A stretch of DNA of 63,981 nt, the filler included, from a bacterium (GTDB taxonomy: Bacteria > JBBIVP01): the NCBI GenBank assembly GCA_037439705.1. It is 5 parts of 5 records of this genome, joined end to end, with 100 filler letters (N's around TTAATTAATTAA, not from the genome) between each part and the next. Parts side by side here need not be neighbours in the genome. Positions count along the whole stretch, not along the records: positions 28,848 to 42,902 come from JBBIVP010000034.1; 4 more parts are not named here. One strand, given 5' to 3'. The translations under genes were made by a program, and so were the position numbers. Each line of letters begins with the position of its first letter. Position 1 is the stretch's first letter. The notes under the pieces were generated by a model that was not told the DNA's origin, did not search any database, and saw only the letters and a list, made by a program, of their open reading frames with translations. Shown in pieces: positions 28,849-38,102 of the stretch.

Positions 28849-31800
28849 GAGTCGGGAGTAGAGGTTGCTGAAACTCCTGAAAAAAAAGAGGAAGAAGTTC
28901 CAGAGTTCGTTAAAAAACTTTCTGACAGAGGTAAGGAAAGGTTCAGGAAATATCTTACAGACCCCTCATTTAAAGAGCATCTTCTCCTCGCAGAAGAACT
29001 TATAAATGTTGGAGCAATTCCACTTGCAGAAGAGATAACGAGATTCATATTAAAAACAGAACCAAGGTCAATAGGAGGAAGGGCACTGAACATGAGATGT
29101 CTCCTCGCCTCAGGAAAAAGGGAAGAGGCAAAAAAAATTGTTGATGAAATTGAAAAATTTGCAGAAGGCAATCCGGTGGTTTTAATGGCTCTTGTGGAGT
29201 TCTACAAAGACACAGAGCCTGATAAAGCTATGAAATATCTGGAGTTATATAGAGAAGAAAGACCCGAGGATCAATGTATACAGGAAATTGAGGAAAAATT
29301 GAAAGAGAGGGTTGAATTCGGCGCTGAAAAAGAAGAAATAGAAGAAGTTTATCAAGAACCTGCTGGGGAAGAGATGGTGATTGAAAGAACCTCTTATGAA
29401 GAAGGGGAAGAACTGAAATCAGGAATCCCAGAGGTTGTTGAAGAAATACCATCTGAAGAAGTTTTATTTAGAGAGGGAGCGGAAGAAGAACCTGCAGGAA
29501 CAAAAGAAGAGACCCCTTTTGAAGAAGGTGTGGAAGCACAAGAGGAGTTTACTTTTGAAAAAGGTTTAGAAGAAAAAACATCCATGGATATGGAAGAGGT
29601 TTCTTTTGAAGAAGGTAAAGGGGAAGAAGAGGGAATTATTGAAGGAGTGGAGTTTGAGGTTGAATCAACAAAAGAGGAGCCAGTTTCAGAAATAGAAGAA
29701 GGGGTGAAGGATGAAGCAGATTTCAGCAGTCTCATTAAAGAAACAGAACTTGAGGAGGTGGAAAAAAAGGAAGAAGAGGTCAGTGATGAACTTCTTGAAG
29801 AACTCGCCCTTGATGAAACAGAACTTGTGCTGGAGACAGGGCTTCCAGAGTTAGAAGAAAAAAAGAAGAAATGGAGATTATTTCCTTACATACTCGGTGG
29901 GATAGGAGGAGTTTTTCTGATTTTCCTTTCAGGGTTCCTGTTTTACATTTTCAAATACGAAATAGGAGGAGATGTCAAAACCGCAAGTCCTTCAAAGATT
30001 CTCTCTTTGAGCAAGGGTATATTTTCCCTGTCCAGAAAGGAGGGATTGTCAAAGGAAAGCTTTGATAAGGGAATAGTAGCCTTTATTGAAGGAAAGGAGG
30101 AAGAAGCACTGAACCTGTTTAAGGCATCTGCCTTTTACAATCCAAAAAATCCTGATGCCCTTTCTCTCTTTATATGTTTTTTGACAAGAAAAGGAGGAGC
30201 AAATGCAGAAACAGTTAATTCTTTTCTAAAAAGAGCAGAAGAGCTTGGTGGAGGTAAATACACAGAATTGGGAAAGAGCTGTGTTCTTCTTTCCAATGGA
30301 AAATTTGAATCAGCCTTTGAAGGGTTTAAAAAAGTTATAACCACTCAACCCGACCTTGAAATTGCCTATCATTTTTTGATTGAATCCTTTGCAAAACTTT
30401 CCATTAAACCCCATGAGGAATTTCAAAAAATTATAGACTCAATGCCAATCAAAGGAAAAAATGCAGGAATTATATACTGGAAAACAGCAGAAGCTTACCA
30501 GGACCTTGATGCGGATGTGGCTGACAAATACTTTACACTGTCTTTAAAATCCGCAGAACTTCCTGAAATAAAAATCTCATTCGCTAAATTTCTTCTGGAG
30601 AAGAGGTCAGATTATATTTCTGTAAGGGAAATACTTGAAACCCTTACTAAAGAAAAAAATCTACCTCCTTCAATTCTTTCCTCAGCCTACATTCTTCTCG
30701 GGAAATCCTATTATATTCAGGGAGACCTTGAAAATTCATCTAATGCCTTTAAAAAAGCCTATGAAATCAATCCGGAAGATATTACCCCTTTATACGAAGC
30801 GGTTAAAATTCTTATTTCAAGATACAAATTTGATGAAGCAAGAGCCATTCTTGTGGAAAAGGTTTCAAAAAAGGCAGGGCTTTCTCCGGAATTTTATTAT
30901 TTCATGGGAAGATGTGATTTTGAGCAGAGGCGATACTTCTCCGCTGTTGAAAACCTTAAAAAGGCAGTTTCTTTAAAGAAGGAAGAAGAATATCTCCTTT
31001 ACCTGGCGGATGCATATCTTGCTTCCGGAGAATTAAAACTTGCTGAAGGAACAATTAAGGAATTTCTTTCAAGCTCTCCGGATGATATAAGGGCAAAAAT
31101 TCTTCTTACGAAACTCATGGTTGAAAAGGGAGAAACGGAAGAAGCGGGAAGGCTCGCTGATAAAATAATAGAAGATTTTCCAAAATCCTCCGCTGGATAT
31201 TATGCAAAAGTTATTGTCCTCAAGAGTTTAAAAAGATATGAAGAAGCAGAAAGCTTTATCCACAAAGCCATCTCACTTGAAACAAATCCAGTTTATGTCT
31301 TACTTGCTGCGGAGTTAAACATGCTAACGAAAAAATATGATGGGGCAATAAAATTTGCCTCCATCGCCCTCGGCATCAATTCGCAGGACCCGAGGGGGTA
31401 CATACTCCGAGCAAATGCCTATGAAGCGAAAGGAGAGCTGGAGAAGGCTGTTTCGGAATATACAAGGGCACTTTCTTTCAATCCAACAGATGTGGAAACA
31501 AGCATACATTTTGTAGACCTCCTCGTTTTCCTGAAAAGATACGATGAGGCTTTAAGGGTAGCAGAAAAAACGCTGGAAATATCGCCGAACGATTACAGGG
31601 TGATTTATCAGATTGGAAACATATATTATTTCAAAAAGGATATGGAGAAATCAGCAGTTTATATGGGGAGGGTTATAGATTTAAAACCAGATTTTGCAGG
31701 AGCCCATTATTTTCTCGGGCTCATATATCTGGAAAAAGGAATCCTGAACAAGGCGGAAGAGGAATTATTTTCCGCTGTAAAATATGAAGAGAAAAATCCC

Positions 31801-32346
31801 CTTTATCTTTACTCCCTTGCAAAGGTTCTTTTCCTTCAAAAGAAAGCCTTTGATGCTCTGGAAAAAATTGAAAGGTCCATTGAGCATTCTCCAAGTTATA
31901 CCGATGCATGGGTCTTAAAAGGAAAGATAAAATTATTTCTCGGGTCTTATTCTGAAGCAAAAAATTGTTTTAAAAAGGCCATAGAACTGGACAGAAAAGC
32001 AGTTGATGCCTGGATCGGTCTCTCAGAGGTTGCGAAGGCTGAGGGGAATAAGAGGGAAGCATATTATTACCTTGAAACCGCTGAAAAGCTTAATCCAAAT
32101 TCCACTCTTTTTATTGCAAAGGGAAAATTCCTTCTTGATGATGGAAACCTTAAAACTGCCCTTGAGTATTTTGAAAGGGCGATAAAAGCCTCTCCTTCCA
32201 ATCCGGTTCCCTATTTCTATACTGGATTGATATACAAAAAGACAGGTTTCAAAGACAAAGCAATGGAAATGTTTGAAAAGGCAGTTAACAACGGACTTTC
32301 CGGTGAAGAAAGGATTCAACTGAACAAAGAAATTTCTAACTGGTAA
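28849..32346 (+). CDS. Large single-pass membrane protein: acidic linker, TM helix, long TPR array (5'-partial)
   Basis: Frame is open from the contig edge. Glu-rich region, then KKKKWR plus a TM helix, then many TPR-like units. Confidence 0.85.
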   Translation, partial: ESGVEVAETPEKKEEEVPEFVKKLSDRGKERFRKYLTDPSFKEHLLLAEELINVGAIPLAEEITRFILKTEPRSIGGRALNMRCLLASGKREEAKKIVDEIEKFAEGNPVVLMALVEFYKDTEPDKAMKYLELYREERPEDQCIQEIEEKLKERVEFGAEKEEIEEVYQEPAGEEMVIERTSYEEGEELKSGIPEVVEEIPSEEVLFREGAEEEPAGTKEETPFEEGVEAQEEFTFEKGLEEKTSMDMEEVSFEEGKGEEEGIIEGVEFEVESTKEEPVSEIEEGVKDEADFSSLIKETELEEVEKKEEEVSDELLEELALDETELVLETGLPELEEKKKKWRLFPYILGGIGGVFLIFLSGFLFYIFKYEIGGDVKTASPSKILSLSKGIFSLSRKEGLSKESFDKGIVAFIEGKEEEALNLFKASAFYNPKNPDALSLFICFLTRKGGANAETVNSFLKRAEELGGGKYTELGKSCVLLSNGKFESAFEGFKKVITTQPDLEIAYHFLIESFAKLSIKPHEEFQKIIDSMPIKGKNAGIIYWKTAEAYQDLDADVADKYFTLSLKSAELPEIKISFAKFLLEKRSDYISVREILETLTKEKNLPPSILSSAYILLGKSYYIQGDLENSSNAFKKAYEINPEDITPLYEAVKILISRYKFDEARAILVEKVSKKAGLSPEFYYFMGRCDFEQRRYFSAVENLKKAVSLKKEEEYLLYLADAYLASGELKLAEGTIKEFLSSSPDDIRAKILLTKLMVEKGETEEAGRLADKIIEDFPKSSAGYYAKVIVLKSLKRYEEAESFIHKAISLETNPVYVLLAAELNMLTKKYDGAIKFASIALGINSQDPRGYILRANAYEAKGELEKAVSEYTRALSFNPTDVETSIHFVDLLVFLKRYDEALRVAEKTLEISPNDYRVIYQIGNIYYFKKDMEKSAVYMGRVIDLKPDFAGAHYFLGLIYLEKGILNKAEEELFSAVKYEEKNPLYLYSLAKVLFLQKKAFDALEKIERSIEHSPSYTDAWVLKGKIKLFLGSYSEAKNCFKKAIELDRKAVDAWIGLSEVAKAEGNKREAYYYLETAEKLNPNSTLFIAKGKFLLDDGNLKTALEYFERAIKASPSNPVPYFYTGLIYKKTGFKDKAMEMFEKAVNNGLSGEERIQLNKEISNW

Positions 32347-32362
32347 GATAATTTATTGAAAC

Positions 32363-33535
32363 CTATACACCCCTTTTTCTCCTGTAAAATTTTACCAGAA
32401 CCTCGGCTATTTCCCTTCTTGTAAATTCTGGAGGAAGAAGTTTTCCCTTTGAAAGGATTTCTCTGGTTTTTGTGCCACTTATTGAGACCCTGAATTTTTC
32501 TCCGTGAGGACATGTCTTCTCTGTTGCCATTGAACCGCACTTCTTGCAGAAAAATGAATTCTCAAAAAACAATGGATTAATTCCAAGCTCGCTTTCATCA
32601 AATTCCTCAAATATCTTCTGGGCATCATAGGGGCCATAAAAATTACCAACCCCAGCATGGTCTCTTCCGACTATGAAATGGGTGCATCCATAGTTCTTTC
32701 TCACGATTGCGTGAAGGATTGCTTCCCTCGGTCCGCCATATCTCATGGCAGATGGATTGACGCATAGCATAACCCTTTCAGCTGGGAAATAGTTCTTGAG
32801 CAAAACCTCATAGCATTTCATCCTCACATCTGCAGGAATGTCTTCCTCCTTGGTCTTTCCTATTATGGGATGTATAAAGAGACCGTCACATATTTCAAGA
32901 GCACATTTTTGAATGTATTCGTGAGCCCTGTGAATTGGATTTCTGGTCTGAAAACCCACGACATTTTTCCATTTTCTCCTTTTGAATTCATTCCTTGTTT
33001 CTTCGGGATAAAGATAATACTTCTTGAATTTTTTTCTTTCGGGTTTCAAAAAGTATATATTTCCTCCAACGAGATATTCAGGGCATTCCTTTATGTATTT
33101 CACAGCGGGATGGGAGGTATCTGTTGTTTTAAAAACCTTTATACACTCTTCTTCTTTTTTTCTTTTGAATATATCCCGAATTTCAATAATTCCTACAGGT
33201 TTTTTCTGGAAGACAAGAAGCGCTTGTTCAGTTCTTTTGAAAACAGAGGGCTCTTCTACTGGGAGCACAACAGGCATACTCCATACTGTTCCATCGGTCA
33301 GTCTCATGGAATTGATAACAGAGATATAATTTCTTTCATCCATGAATCCTTCAAGAGGACTGAAACCACCGCATGCTATCATCTCCGCATCACAGATGGT
33401 CCACTCGTCCACTTGAATTTCTGAAACATTTGGTTTTCCAAGTAATTCTTCAACCTTTTCTCTTTCACAGAATCTGTTTTTAAGAACGCCCCCATGAGGT
33501 AAAATCAAAGCCGGAGAGGATTCGCTCTTTTCCAT
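32363..33535 (-). CDS. sat: Sulfate adenylyltransferase
   Basis: PHGG, GFSPLEGFM, FQTRNPIHRAHE, GRDHAG. Confidence 0.96.
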   Translation of the reverse strand: MEKSESSPALILPHGGVLKNRFCEREKVEELLGKPNVSEIQVDEWTICDAEMIACGGFSPLEGFMDERNYISVINSMRLTDGTVWSMPVVLPVEEPSVFKRTEQALLVFQKKPVGIIEIRDIFKRKKEEECIKVFKTTDTSHPAVKYIKECPEYLVGGNIYFLKPERKKFKKYYLYPEETRNEFKRRKWKNVVGFQTRNPIHRAHEYIQKCALEICDGLFIHPIIGKTKEEDIPADVRMKCYEVLLKNYFPAERVMLCVNPSAMRYGGPREAILHAIVRKNYGCTHFIVGRDHAGVGNFYGPYDAQKIFEEFDESELGINPLFFENSFFCKKCGSMATEKTCPHGEKFRVSISGTKTREILSKGKLLPPEFTRREIAEVLVKFYRRKRGV

Positions 33536-33544
33536 TTTTTCCTC

Positions 33545-34348
33545 CTATCTTCTCAACCCGCAAAATTCTTCATAATCAATCAACTCTTTCACCGTTGAAT
33601 TATCCCCACAAACGGGACAATTTGGATTTCTGTGTATCTTCACCTTTCTAATGTCCATCTTCAAAGCATCAATAACAAGGAGTTTGCCCACGAGGAGTTC
33701 ACCCTTTCCGAGTATAAACTTTATCACCTCAAGAGCCTGAATCACGCCGAGGAGCCCTCCTACAGGACCAATTATTCCTGCCTCCTGACAGGAAGGAACG
33801 CTTCCAGGAGGAGGTGGTTGTGAGAAAATGCATCTATAACATGGTCCCTGAAAAGGAATTATTGTTGTTGCCTGTCCATAAAATCTCAGTATTCCCGCAT
33901 GGGAGAATGGCTTTTTTGTGAAAACGCAAGCATCGTTTACAAGGTATCTCGTTGGAAAATTGTCACTTCCATCAACCACAATATCATAATCTTTTATAAT
34001 CTCCATTATGTTTTCTGATGTTAGCCTTAACTCGTATGTCTCTATCTTTACATCAGGATTTATTGCGCTAAGTTTTTTACTGGCTGAAAGAACTTTTGGC
34101 TTCCCCACATCTTCAGTAAAATGGACGATTTGCCTCTGAAGGTTATTCAATTCCACCTTATCGCTATCAACGAGACCTATCCTTCCTATTCCTGCGCTGG
34201 CAAGGTATAATGAAACGGGTGAACCAAGCCCTCCACATCCTACTATCAACACGCTGGCATTCAGCAGTTTTTTCTGACCTTCTCCGCCTACTTCCGGAAG
34301 AATTATCTGTCTGCTGTATCTTTCTATCTGCTCTTCATTTAATTCCAT
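33545..34348 (-). CDS. MoeB/ThiF-family E1-like adenylyltransferase, no rhodanese domain
   Basis: RYSRQ, GCGGLG, NLQRQ, DGSDNF, CYRC, CPVC. Confidence 0.93.
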   Translation of the reverse strand: MELNEEQIERYSRQIILPEVGGEGQKKLLNASVLIVGCGGLGSPVSLYLASAGIGRIGLVDSDKVELNNLQRQIVHFTEDVGKPKVLSASKKLSAINPDVKIETYELRLTSENIMEIIKDYDIVVDGSDNFPTRYLVNDACVFTKKPFSHAGILRFYGQATTIIPFQGPCYRCIFSQPPPPGSVPSCQEAGIIGPVGGLLGVIQALEVIKFILGKGELLVGKLLVIDALKMDIRKVKIHRNPNCPVCGDNSTVKELIDYEEFCGLRR

Positions 34349-34626
34349 AGTTTTCCTCCTGCTATGGCCGGGATTATTGATACCACATCACCATCTTTTA
34401 AGGAGGTATCCTCTCCGTTTAGAAACCTTATATCCTCATCGTTTACGAAGATGTTTACAAACCTCCTTAAATTGCCTTTCTCATCATATATTCTCTCTTT
34501 TATACCCGGATACTTTTTGTTGAGATTCTCAAACAATTCCCTCACATTACTTCCCTCACACTCCACCTCATCCTGATTTTTTGTAAGTCCCTGCAGTGGT
34601 AATGGAATTCTTACCTTTACCTTCAT
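34339..34626 (-). CDS. MoaD/CysO-type ubiquitin-like sulfur carrier with a capped C-terminus
   Basis: LRRFVNIFVNDEDIR...IIPAIAGG followed by KLWN. Confidence 0.9.
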   Translation of the reverse strand: MKVKVRIPLPLQGLTKNQDEVECEGSNVRELFENLNKKYPGIKERIYDEKGNLRRFVNIFVNDEDIRFLNGEDTSLKDGDVVSIIPAIAGGKLWN

Positions 34627-34645
34627 CTTATCACCTCCTTATTTT

Positions 34646-35797
34646 TTATCCTTCAAAATATTGCTGAATGCTGAAATATCTTTCTCCTGTATCTGGAAAC
34701 ACGGTAACCACTCTCTTACCAGATCCCAGTTCCTCTGCTATCTTTGTGGCTGCGAAACCAGCAGCACCTGATGATATTCCACAGAAGATTCCTTCCTCTC
34801 TGGCGAGTCTTTTTGCCATATTATATGCATCATTGTCTTTTACAGTAATAATCCTGTCTATTATTTTTCTATTGAGAACATCGGGAATGAATCCTGCACC
34901 TATGCCCTGTATCTTATGTGATCCAGGGGGTCTCCCGGAAAGCACTGCTGATGTTTCCGGCTCTACAGCTACCACAAGGACATTCGGATTTATTTTCTTT
35001 AAAACCTCACCTACGCCAGTAATTGTTCCTCCTGTTCCAACACCAGCTACAAAGGCATCCAGCTTTCCGTCCATGGCTTTAAGTATTTCATAAGCTGTTG
35101 TCTTCCTGTGTATCTCCGGGTTTGCGAGGTTTTTAAACTGCTGTGGCATAAATGCATTTTTTGTTTTTCTTACAATTTCTTCAGCCTTTTTTACCGCTCC
35201 ACTCATACCCTCTATGGCAGGCGTCAGAACCACTTCCGCTCCAAATGTTTTCAGAATATAAATCCTTTCAAGACTCATTGATTCGGGCATAACAAGAATG
35301 CATCTATACCCCTTAACCGCACATACAAGAGCAAGCCCTATTCCCGTATTTCCACTTGTCGGCTCAACCACTACCGCCCCTTCTTTTAAAATTCCCTCTC
35401 TTTCAGCAGATTCAATCATTGAAAGGGCTATTCTGTCTTTTACACTTCCGCCCGGGCTAAAAGCCTCTAACTTTGCAAATACCTCTGCCGAGTTTTTTCC
35501 CGTCACCCTGTTCAGTTTCACAATAGGAGTGTTGAAAAAGAGTTCAAGGACATTTTCTGCAACTTTTAAACCCGCCTTCTTCATCTGCTTATCTTCCATC
35601 CCGCCTCCCATGAAAAAAACCATTTCTACTGTATCACCATCTTTTAGAATTTTTTTCTCGTAATCACTCCTATCAATTATTACATCGTTGACCTCCACCA
35701 CAACCACTTCAGGTCTTATGTTCTTAAGTTTTAAAAGCTCAAGAACAGAAATCTCCCTTTCAAATTCCTCTTCTTTTCCGTTAAGAATTATCTTCAT
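34646..35797 (-). CDS. cysK: ThiS-like sulfur carrier fused in frame to cysteine synthase A
   Basis: aa 1-66 are ThiS-like and end FMGGG. Then SVKDR (PLP Lys), TSGNTG, GVGTGGT, HKIQGIG. No stop between the parts. Confidence 0.88.
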   Translation of the reverse strand: MKIILNGKEEEFEREISVLELLKLKNIRPEVVVVEVNDVIIDRSDYEKKILKDGDTVEMVFFMGGGMEDKQMKKAGLKVAENVLELFFNTPIVKLNRVTGKNSAEVFAKLEAFSPGGSVKDRIALSMIESAEREGILKEGAVVVEPTSGNTGIGLALVCAVKGYRCILVMPESMSLERIYILKTFGAEVVLTPAIEGMSGAVKKAEEIVRKTKNAFMPQQFKNLANPEIHRKTTAYEILKAMDGKLDAFVAGVGTGGTITGVGEVLKKINPNVLVVAVEPETSAVLSGRPPGSHKIQGIGAGFIPDVLNRKIIDRIITVKDNDAYNMAKRLAREEGIFCGISSGAAGFAATKIAEELGSGKRVVTVFPDTGERYFSIQQYFEG

Positions 35798-38102
35798 TCT
35801 TTACCCCCGATTTTATTACAATCACCCTGTAATAGTTTCCTATCGCCTCTATTTTTTCGATTTTATGCCCTTCATTTTCCAGGCTTTTCGGAACATTTCT
35901 TATCGGGTCTCCGTCATCAAGGTAAATCTCCAGAATCTCTCCGTCCTTCATCTGCTCAAGTTTGAGTTTTGCCTTTACAAAGTTTATGGGGCACGGAGTT
36001 CCTCTTAAATCATAAACGCTTGGCTTAACCTCATGGATTTCTTCCTTTTCCTTTTTGAATCTTTGAGGAAGGTTAAAATTGCTGTCCACAAGGGAGTAGA
36101 TTTCTTTTACATCCTCAAACAGATTCAAGGCGTAGTTGTATGCCTCCGCTCCTTCAATTTTTCCTGAAACAAGTTTTTCGTAAAACTCCTTTAAATTCAC
36201 GAAATCATTTTTGGCTATACCTCCGTTGACGAAGTGTTCTACAAAGGAAGAGATTATTTCTTCGTCTGTCTTCGGATCCAATCCCTTTAGGACAAGCAGA
36301 GCCCTTGCTGAATAAATAAGAGCGGATTTTATTTCTTCAATTGAGTAGTTATTATCTTTTGCAATGGAAAGTGACTGCTTTGCGGATGCTATATCTGCTT
36401 CTATCATATCAATCACGCCTGCACCACATTCTCCCTGAGATAGTCCTTCAAGCGAAAATTCCTCGTTCTTTCCGAAATCAATATAATAACTCCTGTCCTC
36501 CTCAATGGGTGGCACATACGAGTATTTTTTAATGAATTCTTCAGCAATTTTTCTGCCTTCCTTTTTAAGGAATTCTTCCAAAGGATTGTGATCAACATTT
36601 TCGCAGATTTTTGTAATAAAATCCCTCATAAATTTTGGAACCGCTCTCGCGGGAATGCTTCCTATTTCAGGAGCAAGCACTGTATTTTCCTCAGAAATTC
36701 TTCCTACTAAATGAATCCTGTAAAATGGAATGGTTCTATTGAAAACCTTTCTTGTCATACCTGATAGCGAAATATCACCTACTGGATGCTGTCCGCAGGC
36801 ATTTGGACAACCGTTTATGTTGATTTTTAAATTTTTGATTTTGAGAACCCTGTCCTTCATCTCCAATAATTCCTTTTCAAGTTCCTCTGCGAGCCCCTGG
36901 GAGTTGCAAAGGCCGAGATTGCAGGTGAGGGCTCCTTTACAACAAAGAATGTCAATCAGTGTTTCGGGATATAAAAATTTTTCTCCAAAAATTTCCTTCA
37001 ATTTTTTGTAAACCTCACCAACCTTTTTTGAAGGGACATTTGACAGAATGAGGTTCTGCCTCTGAGTGGTTCTTATAATGAGATGAGGAACAATTTCCGA
37101 TATTTTTGATACCGCAATTGCTTCGTTTGAAGAAAGGTCTCCCCTTGGGACCCTTACATTTATGTAATAATATCCTCTTTGTTTCTGTTTTCCGAGATTG
37201 AATTCCAGAAATTGGGTATCCTCAATTTCCAGTTCCTCCGGCACCTCTTCCAGTTCCGGAAGGTTATGCTCAAGATTTAAAGGGATATACTCTTCATCCT
37301 TCACCTTTTTGAGTTCTTCCCTGTAAAGGCTTACAAATTTATCCCAGCCTCTATCCTGTATGAAAAATCTAAGGCGATTGTGATGCCTGTTCTTCCTATC
37401 TCCAAATTTGTTGTATATGTTTAAAATGGCTTTCAAAGAATACGGAATCTCATCTGGAGAGAGACCTTCCTCAATAACCCTGCCAACCGATGATTTCGCT
37501 CCCATTCCTCCTCCACATAGAACCTTGAAACCATTTTCAGTGGCAACGAACCCAACATCGTTTACACCGGAAAGGGCACAATCTTTTGAACAGCCTGAAA
37601 ACGCAATTTTGAACTTTCTCGGAAGGTTTACAGACTCATCTAAATTCAGGAGATGTTCCGTAAAAGCGATTGCATATCTGTAAACCTCTATTTTTTCCTC
37701 TGCACATATTCCAGAGAGGGGACATGCTGTTATGTTTCTTACTGTATTTCCGCCTCCTCCCCTCGGAGAAATGTTGTATTTTCTTAATGCTTTAATCACC
37801 TTTATGGAATTTTCGTATGGAAGGTTATGAATCTGTATATCCTGACGGGTAGTGATGTGAATAGAGGCAGTGGCAAATTCCTCCGCTGCCTTTCCTATTG
37901 CTTCAAATGCTTCGGGAGTTATTATTCCTCCAGGTATTCTCAATCTCGCCATAAGGAGTTTTCCACCCCTGTGAGAGTAGAATCCCCAAGGAACCCTTAT
38001 ACCCCTGAAGAAAGAAGGACTCATTTTTCCGTTCAGAAAATCTTGAAGAGCCTTCTCAAATTTTTCTTCTTCAATTATAACCTTCTTAGGTAGTTGAAAC
38101 AT
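35781..38102 (-). CDS. Siroheme sulfite reductase with a C-terminal TusA/SirA domain
   Basis: TTRQD, RNITACP, LPRKFKI, NGCPNACGQH; C-terminal DLRGTPCP..FVKAK. Confidence 0.88.
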   Translation of the reverse strand: MFQLPKKVIIEEEKFEKALQDFLNGKMSPSFFRGIRVPWGFYSHRGGKLLMARLRIPGGIITPEAFEAIGKAAEEFATASIHITTRQDIQIHNLPYENSIKVIKALRKYNISPRGGGGNTVRNITACPLSGICAEEKIEVYRYAIAFTEHLLNLDESVNLPRKFKIAFSGCSKDCALSGVNDVGFVATENGFKVLCGGGMGAKSSVGRVIEEGLSPDEIPYSLKAILNIYNKFGDRKNRHHNRLRFFIQDRGWDKFVSLYREELKKVKDEEYIPLNLEHNLPELEEVPEELEIEDTQFLEFNLGKQKQRGYYYINVRVPRGDLSSNEAIAVSKISEIVPHLIIRTTQRQNLILSNVPSKKVGEVYKKLKEIFGEKFLYPETLIDILCCKGALTCNLGLCNSQGLAEELEKELLEMKDRVLKIKNLKININGCPNACGQHPVGDISLSGMTRKVFNRTIPFYRIHLVGRISEENTVLAPEIGSIPARAVPKFMRDFITKICENVDHNPLEEFLKKEGRKIAEEFIKKYSYVPPIEEDRSYYIDFGKNEEFSLEGLSQGECGAGVIDMIEADIASAKQSLSIAKDNNYSIEEIKSALIYSARALLVLKGLDPKTDEEIISSFVEHFVNGGIAKNDFVNLKEFYEKLVSGKIEGAEAYNYALNLFEDVKEIYSLVDSNFNLPQRFKKEKEEIHEVKPSVYDLRGTPCPINFVKAKLKLEQMKDGEILEIYLDDGDPIRNVPKSLENEGHKIEKIEAIGNYYRVIVIKSGVKNEDNS

